Shown: positions 17,758 to 28,049, counted from the stretch's first letter. The stretch: 64,000 nucleotides of DNA from an uncultured Gemmatimonadaceae bacterium (GCA_963843845.1 CAWJMB010000002.1:192001-256000), one strand, 5' to 3'. Numbers and translations: made by a program. Notes: a model not told the origin generated them from the letters alone.

Positions 17758-18532
17758 CTACGCCGTCGCGCCCGCGCTGTGCCCGCGCACTCGCGCCGCC
17801 GCCTCGCCGCGCCGCCGCACGTGCAGCTTCTCGAGGATGTGGTGCACGTGGTTCTTCACGGTCGCCGTGCCGATGCGCAGCCTCGCCCCGATCTCCTTGT
17901 TCGACAGGCCGGCGTCGATCAGCCGCACGATCTCGTGCTCGCGTCGCGTGAGCGCATCGCCCACGACGGGGGTGAGCGGCACTTCGGCGTCGCGCGTCGC
18001 GCTCGCGGCGCGTGGCGTCGCGCCGCGCGCCGCGCCCGTGTCCGAGAGCGCCGCGATCCGCGCGAACAGCGACGCGGTGACGTGCGGCGAGCAGTGCAGC
18101 TCTCCGCGCATCGCGGCGTGGATCGCCGCGACGACGTCGTCGACGCTCGCGTCGCGCGGCACGTACCCCGCGATCCCCGCCTCGGCGCACGCCACGACGT
18201 CGGGGCCGACGTCGGCGACGGCGAACGCGACGAGCGTCACGCTCGGCGCCTCGCGCCGCAGCGCGCGCGCGAGGTCGAGGGCACCGGGCATCCCCGTATC
18301 GAGGAGCACCACGTCGGGCGCGTGCAGCGCCGCCAGCGCCCGCGCCGCCCCCGCGTCAGCTGCAACGCCGAGCGTGCGGAGCGCGTTCCGTCCCGCGAGG
18401 GCGAGGAGGAGGCCGTCGCGGTAGAGGCGCACGTCGCTCACGAGCAGGACGTGCGGCGTGCGGCTCGTGCGGCTCGTGCCGCTCGGCCGACGTCGACGCT
18501 CGCTGTGCCGCTCGCTCCGTACGGGGGGTCAT
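17758..18532 (-). CDS. NarL/LuxR-family response regulator (5' end appears frameshifted near a G6 run)
   Basis: PHVLLVSDVRLYRDGL..PDVVLLD; LTRREHEIVRLIDAGLSNKEIG..TVKNHVHHILEKL HTH; ATG at 18532 is one base out of frame. Confidence 0.88.
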
Positions 18533-18870
18533 GAGGCGCCAAGGTGCGAGCAGCGATTCGGGTGGTCAAGCTCGTCAGTGCGCCTGGACCCTCGTGCGGT
18601 GACCTATCCCACGATTTCGCGCGCTTCCAGTGGTCGAGCTCGCTCGGCTGCTGCCGTGCGCTGCCTCAGTCGGCGCGTGCCAGCGCTCGCGCGTCGCCGA
18701 CGGGGAGTACGGTTCGGCGTGATGGTGATACGGGTTCTGCGGCGACGGGGCCCGTCGTATCGATCGAACGGGATGATCTCGTCGGTGAGCGGACGGTTCT
18801 GTCGGTCGTACTGGTCGAACGGCGGCACGCCGTTCGCCGCGATGCCTCGCCATGCTCGTCGCCAGGAGAC

Positions 18871-18899
18871 GGAATGACGACTCCGCATCCGTTGTCGAA
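18871..18899 (+). promoter_or_regulatory. Candidate ECF sigma promoter
   Basis: GGAATG-N17-GTCG just upstream of an ECF sigma gene. Confidence 0.35.
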
Positions 18900-18904
18900 G
18901 CTGT

Positions 18905-19492
18905 GTGACCGCTGACCTCGCGACCGCCGTCGTTCCCGACGAGGAGCTCGTCGCGCGCGCGCGGCGGGGAGACGACGACGCGTTCCGACAGCTCGTCGAG
19001 CGGCACGAGCGCGCCGTCGCCGCTGCGGTCGTCGGGATGCTCGGCGCCGGCGACGACGCGGACGACGTGGGGCAGGAGACGTTCGTGCACTTCCACCGCG
19101 CGCTCGACCGCTTTCGCGGCGACGCGTCGGTGCGGACCTATCTCGTGCGGATCGCGATGAACCTGTCGATCAACGCGCTGAAGCAGCGCACCCGCCGCGC
19201 GCGGCGCTTTCTCTCGTTCGACGTCTTCACGTCGTCGTCGCCGCTCCCCGAGCCGGCGAGCGAGCCGGTCGACGCCGCCGGCGACGGCGAGCTGCGCGAC
19301 GTGGTGCGCCGCGCCCTCGACACGCTGAGCGAGAAGCACCGCCCCGTCGTCGTGCTCCGTCTCATGGAAGGCTACTCCACGCGCGAGACCGCCGAGCTGC
19401 TCGGCGTGCCGGAAGGGACGGTGCTGTCGCGGCTGTCGCGCGCGCTGCGCGAACTGGAGCCGAGGCTCGCGCCCTACGTGCGCGCGACGTGA
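18905..19492 (+). CDS. ECF RNA polymerase sigma-70 factor
   Basis: DEELVARARRGDDDAFRQLVERH..ADDVGQETF..YLVRIAMN; region 4 EGYSTRETAELLGVPEGTVLSRLSRA. Confidence 0.95.
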   Translation: MTADLATAVVPDEELVARARRGDDDAFRQLVERHERAVAAAVVGMLGAGDDADDVGQETFVHFHRALDRFRGDASVRTYLVRIAMNLSINALKQRTRRARRFLSFDVFTSSSPLPEPASEPVDAAGDGELRDVVRRALDTLSEKHRPVVVLRLMEGYSTRETAELLGVPEGTVLSRLSRALRELEPRLAPYVRAT

Positions 19493-19929
19493 CGTTCAAC
19501 GAGATGACTGACATGCCGCCTGACGACATCGAATCGCTGCTGCGCGCCGCGCGCACCGAGAGGTTCGCCCCCGGCTTCGCCGACCGCGTCGCGACGCGCC
19601 TTGCCGACGAGCGCCGTGCCGCCGAGCGTGGCGCGGAGACCGGGCGGGGCGTGCCCTCGCTCACCGCGGCGCGACCCCTCTCCGGCTCGCTGTCGCGGCA
19701 GGGGCTGCGGCTCGTCCCCGCAGTGCTCGCCGCCTCGCTCGTCATCGGCGCCGTGAACTGGTGGCACGCGCGCGAGTCCGACGCCGAGTACGGCGGCGCC
19801 GCAGCCTCGCCCCTCGCCGGCGCGATCGGACTGTCGAGGGTGACCGTCGCGTCGGCGCTCACCGTCTCCGGTGCCGACCTGTCCGACGCGTCGAGCGAGG
19901 GGGCATCCGACGCGCAGGAGTTCCGATGA
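19489..19929 (+). CDS. Putative single-TM anti-sigma factor
   Basis: Overlaps sigma stop; FAPGFADRV motif followed by a hydrophobic segment. Confidence 0.6.
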   Translation: MTFNEMTDMPPDDIESLLRAARTERFAPGFADRVATRLADERRAAERGAETGRGVPSLTAARPLSGSLSRQGLRLVPAVLAASLVIGAVNWWHARESDAEYGGAAASPLAGAIGLSRVTVASALTVSGADLSDASSEGASDAQEFR

Positions 19930-20369
19930 GTCTCTCTCCGTCCATTCGTTCCTCGCTCATCCTCGCGGCGACGCTCGCCGCCGGTGTGCTGCTCGGCGTC
20001 GTCGGCAGCGGCCGCCTCGCGCAGCGGCAGCGCGACCAGATGCGCGCGCTGCGGCGCCCGCCCGGCTTCGTGGCGCACATCGAGCGCGTCATCGCGCCGC
20101 GCGACGCGGGGCAGCGCGACGCCATCCGGCCGCTGCTCGAGGCGGCGGCGCGACGCAACGAGGCGATCGCGCGTGCGGCGAACGAGCAGCTGCGAACGGC
20201 GGCCGACTCGCTGCGAGGGCAGCTCGCGCCGCTCCTCGACGCGGAGCAGCAGGAGCGGCTGACGCGAGAGCTCGCGGGGGGACCGAGGCGGTTCGGGCCG
20301 GACGGCGGGAGGCGGCCGCCCTTCGGGGGAGCGAGAGGCGGGCCGCCGGGAGGGAGGCGGCCATTCTAG
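19926..20369 (+). CDS. Periplasmic Spy/CpxP-like helical protein
   Basis: ATGA overlap; N-terminal TM; LAPLLDAEQQERL motif; usual third gene of ECF modules. Confidence 0.6.
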   Translation: MSLSPSIRSSLILAATLAAGVLLGVVGSGRLAQRQRDQMRALRRPPGFVAHIERVIAPRDAGQRDAIRPLLEAAARRNEAIARAANEQLRTAADSLRGQLAPLLDAEQQERLTRELAGGPRRFGPDGGRRPPFGGARGGPPGGRRPF

Positions 20370-20440
20370 CGCTTCGGCCGTGAGTCCCGCAGCTCGCCGG
20401 TGCGTCCCGCCGTTCTCCAGTCTCCCCGCTATTTTCAGTC

Positions 20441-21400
20441 GTGAGCACTCATCACGACCATCATCACGATCACGGCCACGGCCACGGCCACAGTCACGCC
20501 CCCGCCGACTTCGGCCGCGCGTTCGCGATCGGCACCGCGCTCAACGTCGCCTTCGTCGCCGTCGAAGCGGCCGTCGGCCTGCGCATCGACTCGGTCGCCC
20601 TCGTCGCCGACGCCGGCCACAACCTGAGCGACGTGTTGGGCCTCGTGCTCGCCTGGGGCGGCGCCGTGCTCGCCCGCCGCGTCGCGACGCCGCGCCGCAC
20701 GTACGGGCTGCGCAGCACGACCATCCTCGCAGCGCTCGCGAACGCCGTCTTTCTGCTCGTCGCGATCGGCGGCGTGGCGTGGGAGGCGGCGCATCGTTTC
20801 GCGAGTCCGGCGCCGGTCGAGGGAGGAGTCGTCGCCGCGGTCGCGTTCGTCGGCCTCGTCGTGAACGGCGCGACGGCGCTCCTCTTTCTCCGCGGACGCG
20901 ACCGCGACCTCAACATCCGCGGCGCCTACCTCCACATGGCCGCCGACGCCGCGGTCTCGGCCGGCGTCGTCGTGGCGGGGCTCGTCATCACCTTCACCGG
21001 GTGGCTGTGGATCGACCCGGCGCTCAGCCTCGTCATCGTCCTCGTCATCGCCGTCGGCACGTGGGGGCTGCTGCGCGACTCGCTCGACCTCGCGCTGCAC
21101 GCCGTGCCGTCGCGCATCGATCCCGACGCGGTCGGCGCCTACCTGCACACCCTTCCCGGCGTGACCGAGGTGCACGACCTCCACATCTGGGCGATGAGCA
21201 CGACCGACGTCGCGCTCACCGCGCACCTCGTGCGGCCGGCGCGCGACGACGACGACGACTTGCTGCTGGGCGCCGGCCGCGTGCTGCGCGACCGCTTCGG
21301 CATCTCGCACCCTACCCTTCAGATCGAGCGCGGGCACGGGCCGCACGGGTGCGGGATGGTGCCGTGCGCCGGAGCGGAGCGGGTCGCCGTCGCTGGATGA
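20441..21400 (+). CDS. Cation diffusion facilitator (CzcD/ZitB-like)
   Basis: His-rich N-terminus; ALVADAGHNLSD; NIRGAYLHMAAD; VHDLHIW. Confidence 0.95.
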   Translation: MSTHHDHHHDHGHGHGHSHAPADFGRAFAIGTALNVAFVAVEAAVGLRIDSVALVADAGHNLSDVLGLVLAWGGAVLARRVATPRRTYGLRSTTILAALANAVFLLVAIGGVAWEAAHRFASPAPVEGGVVAAVAFVGLVVNGATALLFLRGRDRDLNIRGAYLHMAADAAVSAGVVVAGLVITFTGWLWIDPALSLVIVLVIAVGTWGLLRDSLDLALHAVPSRIDPDAVGAYLHTLPGVTEVHDLHIWAMSTTDVALTAHLVRPARDDDDDLLLGAGRVLRDRFGISHPTLQIERGHGPHGCGMVPCAGAERVAVAG

Positions 21401-21443
21401 GCGCGGGAAATCTCGTGGTCCCCCGATTCTCCGACCGAGCCAC

Positions 21444-22178
21444 ATGAGACGCATCGCGCTCGCCGTCGCACTGTCGGTCGCGTCCGCGCGACTCGCCGCG
21501 CAGTCGCCGGACGAGCTGCTCAGCGAGCGGCACCGCGCCGAAGACGCCCGCCTCAGAACCGACTGGGCCGGGCTCGCGCGGTACCGGGCCGAGAACGCCG
21601 CGCTCCCGGCGCCGGCGCCGAACGAGCGGCGCGTCGTGTTCTACGGCAACTCGATCACCGAAGGGTGGGCGCGGCTGTTCGCGGCGCAGTTCCCCGGCAG
21701 GCCGTACGTCGGCCGCGGCATCAGCGGGCAGACGACGCCGCAGCTGCTCGTGCGCTTCCGGCAGGACGTCGTCGCGCTGAAGCCGGCCGTCGTCGTCATC
21801 CTCGCCGGCACGAACGACGTCGCCGGCAACACCGGCCCGTCGACGCTCGCGATGATCGAGGACAACCTCGCGTCGATGACCGAGATCGCGCGGGCGAACG
21901 GCATCCGCGTCGTGCTCTGCTCGGTGCTCCCGGTGTTCGACTACCCGTGGCGCCGCGGGCTCGAGCCGGCGCCGACGATCGTCGCGCTCAATCGCTGGAT
22001 CCGCGACCATGCGGCGTCGCACGGCGCCGTCTACGTCGACTATCACGGCGCGATGGCCGACGCCCGGCAGGGGCTCCGCGCCGAGCTCTCGGGCGACGGC
22101 GTGCACCCCAACGAGGCCGGCTACCGCGTCATGGCGCCGCTCGTCGAGCGCGGCATCGCCGAGGCGCTGCGGCGCTGA
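21444..22178 (+). CDS. SGNH/GDSL hydrolase, secreted
   Basis: Signal peptide; GNSITE, GISGQTT, GTND and DGVHP blocks. Confidence 0.93.
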   Translation: MRRIALAVALSVASARLAAQSPDELLSERHRAEDARLRTDWAGLARYRAENAALPAPAPNERRVVFYGNSITEGWARLFAAQFPGRPYVGRGISGQTTPQLLVRFRQDVVALKPAVVVILAGTNDVAGNTGPSTLAMIEDNLASMTEIARANGIRVVLCSVLPVFDYPWRRGLEPAPTIVALNRWIRDHAASHGAVYVDYHGAMADARQGLRAELSGDGVHPNEAGYRVMAPLVERGIAEALRR

Positions 22179-22201
22179 CGCCGCCGGCGGTCGCCGCCGG
22201 C

Positions 22202-22227
22202 TGTCACAGGCGCCGCGCTCCTCCGTC
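22202..22227 (+). promoter_or_regulatory. ECF41-type promoter
   Basis: TGTCACA-N15-CGTC, close to the known ECF41 consensus TGTCACA-N16-CGTC, directly upstream of an ECF41 gene. Confidence 0.65.
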
Positions 22228-22237
22228 TCTTCGGGGG

Positions 22238-23177
22238 ATGACGACCATCACCGCACCCGTCCCGGCCGACGTCGAGCGCCACCGCCCTCGCCTGTTCGGC
22301 ATCGCCTACCGCATGCTCGGCGACGTGCACGACGCCGAGGACCTCGTGCAGGAGACGTTGCTGCGCTGGCACGACCGGCGGCACGACCCGCGGCACGACC
22401 CGCGGCACGAGCTCGGACGTCGACTCTCCCGAGGCGTGGCTCGTCGCCGTCGTCACGCGGCTCGCGATCGACCGGCTGCGCCACGCGCAGGTCGAGCGGC
22501 GCGCGTACGTCGGCCCGTGGCTTCCCGAGCCGCTCGCGACCCCCGCGGCCGAACGCGGCGCCGAGCTCGCGTCCGACCTGTCGGTCGCGCTGCTCGTGCT
22601 GCTCGAGCGACTCGCCCCCGAGGAGCGCGCCGCGTTCCTGCTGCGCGACGTGTTCGACGCCGGCTACGACGAGATCGCCCGCGCCCTCGAGCGCAGCGAG
22701 CCCGCCGCGCGCCAGCTCGTGCACCGCGCCCGCGTCCGCGTGCGCGCCGACCGCCCGCGCTTCCCCGTTCCCGCCGACGCGCAGGCGCGGCTGCTCGACC
22801 GCTTCCTCGCCGCGCTCGCCGCGGACGACCAGGTCGCGCTGCTCGCGCTCTTCGACCCGGCGGCCACGCTGACCGCCGACGGCGGCGGGAAGACCTCGTC
22901 GGCGCGCCGCGTCGTCGCCGGGCGCGACCGCGTCGCCCGCTTCCTCCTCGGCTTCGAGCGCAAGGCGGCGGGGCGGATCGCGCACCGGCGCGCGTCGCTC
23001 AACGGGGCGCCGGCGCTGCTCTCCGACCTCGTGCTCCCCGGCCACCCGCCGACGCTGCTCTTCGCGACGACGTTCGCCACGACGGTCGTCGACGGCGCGC
23101 CGCACATCCGCGCCGTCTACCGCGTGCTCAACCCCGACAAGCTCCGCCGTCTGAGGGCCGTATGCGTCTCTTCGTGA
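22238..23177 (+). CDS. ECF41/SigJ-family sigma factor with SnoaL-like C-terminus (frameshift near 22416)
   Basis: RPRLFGIAYRMLG..AEDLVQE in one frame; AWL..YVGPWLPEP, DGGGK and NPDKL in another. Confidence 0.88.
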
Positions 23178-24088
23178 CCGGCGCCACCGGCGTCGTCGGG
23201 CGGCGCGCCGTGCCGCTGCTGCTCGCCGGCGGCCACGCCGTCACCGCGGTCGGGCGCACCGCGGAGAAGCGCGCCGCGCTCGCCCGCCAGGGCGCCGCCC
23301 CGGTCGACGCCTCCCTGTTCGACCGCGAGGCGCTGCGCCGTGCGATGGACGGGCACGACGCGGCGATCAACCTCGCGACGCACATCCCGCGGTCGACCGC
23401 GCGCATGCTGCTCCGCGGCGCGTGGCGCGAGAACGACCGCGTGCGGCGCGACGGCTCGGCCGCGCTCGTCGACGCGGCGCTCGCGGCGGGCGTGCGGCGC
23501 GTCGTCCAGGAGTCGTTCGCCCCGATCTACGCCGACGGCGGCGACCGCTGGCTCGACGAGTCCGCCCCGTCGCGCCCCACGCGCTACAACCGCTCCGTGC
23601 TCGACGCCGAGCGCTCGGCGGCGCGGGTCACCGACGCGGGGGGCGCCGGCGTCGTGCTGCGCTTCGGCGGCTTCTACGGCCCCGACGCGCACCACGTCGA
23701 CGACCTCGTGCGCGCCGTCCGCGCCGGCTGGTCCCCGCTCCCCGGCGCGCCCGACGCCTACGTCTCCTCGCTCTCGCACGACGACGCGGCGAGCGCCGTC
23801 GTCGCCGCGCTCGACCTTCCGGCCGGCGTCTACAACGTCGTCGACGACGAGCCGCTCACGCGCCGCGCCTACGCCGCCGCCGTCGCCGAGGCGTTCGGGC
23901 TCCGAGCGCCGCGCCCGGTGCCGCGCTGGGTCACCCCGCTCTTCGGATCGCTCGGCGAGCTGCTCTCGCGCTCGCTCCGCCTCAGCAACGCCCGCCTGCG
24001 CGCCGCGTCGCGCTGGGCGCCGCGGTGGCCGAGCGCGCGCGAGGGGTTCCGCGCCGTCGCTGCGGAGCGGGTGGGCGAGAGCTCGTAG
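23162..24088 (+). CDS. NAD-dependent epimerase/dehydratase family protein
   Basis: MRLFVTGATGVVG Rossmann motif; LRFGGFYGP; typical ECF41 neighbour. Confidence 0.92.
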   Translation: MRLFVTGATGVVGRRAVPLLLAGGHAVTAVGRTAEKRAALARQGAAPVDASLFDREALRRAMDGHDAAINLATHIPRSTARMLLRGAWRENDRVRRDGSAALVDAALAAGVRRVVQESFAPIYADGGDRWLDESAPSRPTRYNRSVLDAERSAARVTDAGGAGVVLRFGGFYGPDAHHVDDLVRAVRAGWSPLPGAPDAYVSSLSHDDAASAVVAALDLPAGVYNVVDDEPLTRRAYAAAVAEAFGLRAPRPVPRWVTPLFGSLGELLSRSLRLSNARLRAASRWAPRWPSAREGFRAVAAERVGESS

Positions 24089-24186
24089 TGTTTGTTTGAC
24101 GGAAGGAACCGATGGAACGGAAGGAACCCGAAGTGGTCGACGAGCGTCCTCGCACAGCGCTTCGGTTCCTTCGGTTTCCCTTTTCA
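24085..24186. repeat. GTAG-initiated REP/REPIN-like element, copy 1
   Basis: GTAGTGTTT..GACGGAAGGAACCGATGGAACGGAAGGAACCCG..TTCGGTTCCTTCGG; similar to 48975-49073. Confidence 0.7.
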
Positions 24187-24321
24187 GGGGAGCGCGCTCA
24201 TCGGGTGCGCCTGGCCCGCCGCGATCCGGCGCCGCGCCGAAGGGCAGCGCGACGAGGATGGGCGGCACTGAGTCGCGGCGCGAGATTGTGCCGCATCGTC
24301 CGCACACACCCCGCCGCCGCC

Positions 24322-24882
24322 GTGACACCTCCGTCGAAGGTCCTCACCCCCGCCCCCGGCTACACGCCGCTCGTCGGCGCGCTCGTCGCGATGCTGACCT
24401 ACACCCGCGCGACGACGCTCGCCGCCGTCGACGGCCTCACGACCGAGCAGCTCGATCATCGGCACGACGCGGCCGCCAACCCGATCGGCGCGCTGCTCGC
24501 GCACGTCGCGGCGATCGAGTGGGCGTACCTGACCGCCACGCTCGACGTGGGCGACCCGGCGTCGGCGGCGGGCGCGGCGGCCGTCGCGACGGCCTCGGCG
24601 GAGTGGGCGACGTGGGGGCCGCTCATCCGCCTCGGCCCCGACGCGTGGACGGCGGCGCGTGGGGTGTCGCTCGACGAGCACGTCGCCCGGCTCGGCGAGA
24701 TCCGCGCGCGCACGCTCGACCGGCTGCGCGCCGTCGACGACGCCTGGCTCGAAGGCGAGGTCGCGCTGCCGTGGCTGCGCGGCGAGCCGGCGACGCGGCT
24801 GTGGATGTGGTATCACGTCATGGAGGACGAACTCAATCACCGCGGGCAGATGCGGTGGCTGCGCGGACGGCTCGCGACGTGA
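24322..24882 (+). CDS. DinB/DUF664 family protein
   Basis: IGALLAHVAAIE and HVMEDELNHRGQ His motifs. Confidence 0.88.
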   Translation: MTPPSKVLTPAPGYTPLVGALVAMLTYTRATTLAAVDGLTTEQLDHRHDAAANPIGALLAHVAAIEWAYLTATLDVGDPASAAGAAAVATASAEWATWGPLIRLGPDAWTAARGVSLDEHVARLGEIRARTLDRLRAVDDAWLEGEVALPWLRGEPATRLWMWYHVMEDELNHRGQMRWLRGRLAT

Positions 24883-25052
24883 GCCACGGCCACGCCCCGG
24901 CTCCCGCCAGGCACGCTCCGCACGCGTCCCGGCGGCGGACGGCGCGTCCCGCATCCGGACACCCGGGCGCCGCGTCGCAGATCGGAAGTCGTTGATCGGT
25001 AGACACTTACGCTGATGGGCGAGCGGCACGGCGCTTCCCTGGGAGAACGCCC

Positions 25053-26507
25053 ATGCCCGCCAGCGTCTCCCGCCCGCTCTCCGCGCTCTCCGCGCTCTCC
25101 GCGCTCTCCGCGCTCTCCGCCCTCGCGCTCGCCGCACTCGGCGGCGCGATCGGCGGCGCCTCCGTCCGCACCGGCGAGTCGCCGCCCCCGCCGTCAGTGC
25201 GTCCGCCGGGGCGTCCGCTGGCGCTGACGCACGTCACCCTGATCGACGGCACCGGCGCCCCGCCGCGCGCCGACATGACGGTCGTCGTGCGCGACCGGCG
25301 CGTCGCCGCCGTCTTTCCGAGCGGCACGACGCCGCTCCCGCCGGACGCCGAGGTGACGGACCTTCGCGGCACGTATCTCATTCCCGGCCTCATCGACGCC
25401 CACGTGCACCTCGGCACGCAGGCGCGCCCGCCGGCGGTGTCGCGGGGCGTGCTCCGCGCGGTCTTCCTCGATGGCGTGACGACGGTGCGCGACATGGGCG
25501 GCAGCGTCGCGATCGTGCCGCCGCTCGCGCGGTGGACGGCGCACGACTCCGCCGACGCGCCGCGCATCTTCCACTCGGCGATCGTCGCCGGGTCGGGGCG
25601 CTGGTTCGAGGGGGCGTTCGGGGCGCTCGCCGCCGCGGAAGGCGCCGTCGGCGCGTCGCCGCTCGCCCGGCGCGTGACGGCGTCGAGCGACGCGGGCGCG
25701 GTGATCCGCGACGCGAAGGCCGCCGGCGCCACCGGCATCAAGGTCTACGACGACGTCGCGCCGCCGCTCCTCCGCCGCCTCGTCGCCGAGGCGCACGCGC
25801 AGGGGCTCCGCGCCTGGAGCCACCTCGCCGTCGACCCGAGCCGCCCGAGCGACGTGCTCGCCGCCGGTGTGGACGTCGTGTCGCACGCCGACCAGTTCCG
25901 CGCCGAGCGCGGACCGACGCGCCCGAGCGGGGTGAGCGACTCCGCCTGGCGCGTGCAGCGACGCGCCATCAACGTCCGCGTGTCGCCGCAGGACAGCGAC
26001 ATGACGCGGCTGGTGCGGCAGATGCGCGAGCGCGGCACGATGCTCGACCCGACGCTGTTCGTCATGCTCTCCTTCGTTCCGCGGACCTCCGACGGCCGCG
26101 CCGAGGGCGGCGCCGCGTCGTTCGCGACGCTGCACTTCGCGGCCGCGATGACGCGCCGCGCCCACGCCGCCGGCGTCCCGATCGTCGCCGGCACCGACGG
26201 CATCGGCGGCTCGTCGGCGAACCTCCACGCCGAGCTGCAGCTGCTCGTCGACAGCGCCGGGCTGTCGCCGCTCGCCGCGCTGCGCGCCGCGACGCTGAAC
26301 GCCGCGACGGCGATCGGCGCCCAGGACTCGCTCGGCAGCGTCGCGACCGGGAAGCTGGCGGACTTCGTGCTGCTCACCGCGGACCCGTCGGCCGACGTCG
26401 CGAACACGCAGCGCGTCTACGCCGTCGTGAAGAGCGGGCGGCTCGTCGTGCGGACGACGCCGGTGCGGCTCGGGCCGTTCGCGCGGGAGCCGGTCGCGCG
26501 ACGATGA
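25053..26507 (+). CDS. Amidohydrolase family protein, secreted
   Basis: PGLIDAHVH; GVTTVRDMG; AGTD; GSVATGKLADFVLL; 9-bp CTCTCCGCG repeats in signal region. Confidence 0.93.
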   Translation: MPASVSRPLSALSALSALSALSALALAALGGAIGGASVRTGESPPPPSVRPPGRPLALTHVTLIDGTGAPPRADMTVVVRDRRVAAVFPSGTTPLPPDAEVTDLRGTYLIPGLIDAHVHLGTQARPPAVSRGVLRAVFLDGVTTVRDMGGSVAIVPPLARWTAHDSADAPRIFHSAIVAGSGRWFEGAFGALAAAEGAVGASPLARRVTASSDAGAVIRDAKAAGATGIKVYDDVAPPLLRRLVAEAHAQGLRAWSHLAVDPSRPSDVLAAGVDVVSHADQFRAERGPTRPSGVSDSAWRVQRRAINVRVSPQDSDMTRLVRQMRERGTMLDPTLFVMLSFVPRTSDGRAEGGAASFATLHFAAAMTRRAHAAGVPIVAGTDGIGGSSANLHAELQLLVDSAGLSPLAALRAATLNAATAIGAQDSLGSVATGKLADFVLLTADPSADVANTQRVYAVVKSGRLVVRTTPVRLGPFAREPVARR

Positions 26508-27418
26508 TTCGCTCTCCGCTCCCAACGAGGCTCTCGATGCTCCGCCGCGCGCTCCGTCTCGCCCTCCACGCGTCGTTCGCCGTCGCCCTCGGTCGCGGCG
26601 CCGGCGCGCAGTCGATCCAGTACCGCTCGCCGGCCGGCGTCGTCTACCGCGCGCAGCCCGACACCGGCCCCGTCGCCCGGGCGCGCGCCGCGCTCGCCGA
26701 GTCGCCGCGCGACGTGGGGCGCGTGGTCGCGTTGGGCACCGCGCAGGCCGGCGCGCGGCAGATGCGCGAGGCGATCGCGACGTTCACGCGCGGCCTCGCC
26801 GCCGCTCCGCGCGACCCCTCGCCCGCCGCGGCGCGCGACCGCGCGACGCTCTACCGCTGGCGCGGGCACCGCCACCTCTCGGTGCGCGAGTTCGCCGCGG
26901 CGCAGGCCGACCTCGACCGCGCCCTCGCGCTCGACGGCACGAACTACGGCGCGCTCTACCACCTCGGCGTGCTGCGCTACGTGCGGGGCGACTTCGCCGG
27001 CGCGGCGGCGATGTTCCGGCGCGCGCAGCCCCGCGCCCCCGACGCCGGCGAGCTCGCCGGCGCGACCGACTGGCTGTGGATGTCGCTCGCGCGGGCCGGC
27101 CGCCGCGCCGCCGCCGACTCGATGCTCGCCGCGCGCCCCGACTCGCTCGCGACGGCGGTCGCCTACCGGCAGCGGCTCCGCCTCTACCGCGGCGAGATCG
27201 GGCCGGACGCCGTGTTCACGCCGGCCGACACGAGCGACGTGAACGTCGCGACGCTGAGCTACGGCGTCGGCAACTGGTTCCTGCTGCGCGGCGACCCGGC
27301 GACCGCGCGGCAGTGGTTCCGGCGCGCGGTGGCGTCGGGCGGGTGGCCGGCGTTCGGGTTCATGGCGAGCGAGGCGGAGCTGCGGCGACTCGGTGCGCGC
27401 GGCCGCGACGCTCGCTAG
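26504..27418 (+). CDS. Secreted tetratricopeptide-repeat protein
   Basis: Signal peptide; TPR-like helices (LYRWRGHRHL..ALYHLGVLRY..YGVGNW). Confidence 0.8.
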   Translation: MIRSPLPTRLSMLRRALRLALHASFAVALGRGAGAQSIQYRSPAGVVYRAQPDTGPVARARAALAESPRDVGRVVALGTAQAGARQMREAIATFTRGLAAAPRDPSPAAARDRATLYRWRGHRHLSVREFAAAQADLDRALALDGTNYGALYHLGVLRYVRGDFAGAAAMFRRAQPRAPDAGELAGATDWLWMSLARAGRRAAADSMLAARPDSLATAVAYRQRLRLYRGEIGPDAVFTPADTSDVNVATLSYGVGNWFLLRGDPATARQWFRRAVASGGWPAFGFMASEAELRRLGARGRDAR

Positions 27419-27424
27419 CCGCGC

Positions 27425-27922
27425 TCACCGCGCCACCAGCCCGGAGAGCTGGTACGCGATCTCGTCGTCCGCGGCGTTCGCGATGTAGTCGATGACGACC
27501 GTCGTCGGGTAGCCGCGCGCCGGGTCGTACGTCGCCCGCAGGTCGGCCGCGCCGCGCGAGCGCGCCTGTTCGATCAGCGCGAACAGCCCGTCCACGGTTC
27601 GGTAGAGCCCGACGATCGGCGCCGACAGCGCGGCGCCGCGCGCGTCGACGGCGGCGACGATCGAGTCGCCGCGCACGAGCAGCGTCACGGGCTGCGGCGG
27701 GAGCGGACAGAAGCAGCTCACCGACTGCCGCAGCTCGTACGACGTCGGGCGCGTCGCGCGCCACCGCCGCTGCGCGTCGCGCAGGTCGCCGGCCGGGCCG
27801 CTCGCGTCGTCGCACGCCGAGAGCGTCGCGAGCGACGCGGCGAGCGTCGCGGCGAGCGCCGCGGCGGCGAGGGCGCGTCGAGAGCACGGAACCACGGGGG
27901 GCGCCTCCACGTAGGGGAACAC
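27425..27922 (-). CDS. DUF6174-like lipoprotein
   Basis: LSAC lipobox; SCFC; TVDGLF; YDPARGYP..ADDE; start uncertain. Confidence 0.75.
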   Translation of the reverse strand: MFPYVEAPPVVPCSRRALAAAALAATLAASLATLSACDDASGPAGDLRDAQRRWRATRPTSYELRQSVSCFCPLPPQPVTLLVRGDSIVAAVDARGAALSAPIVGLYRTVDGLFALIEQARSRGAADLRATYDPARGYPTTVVIDYIANAADDEIAYQLSGLVAR

Positions 27923-28049
27923 ACAGCGACACGAAGCGATACCCGGCGGCGCACCGACCGGTCACCGCGCGCTCCGTGCGCGCTCCCCGCGCATTCCCTT
28001 CGCCACGCGCGCGGGCCACATTGCGCCAGCACCCGACCCGGAGCCCCAC

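Noticed and set aside
21665..24088. 807-aa apparent sigma-epimerase fusion
   Set aside because: The middle is off-frame because of the sigma frameshift; the epimerase has its own ATG at 23162
16491..25120. Short tandem repeats (16491, about 17184, 18450, 22370, 25076) as a CRISPR array
   Set aside because: Units are 9-12 bp with no spacers and there are no cas genes
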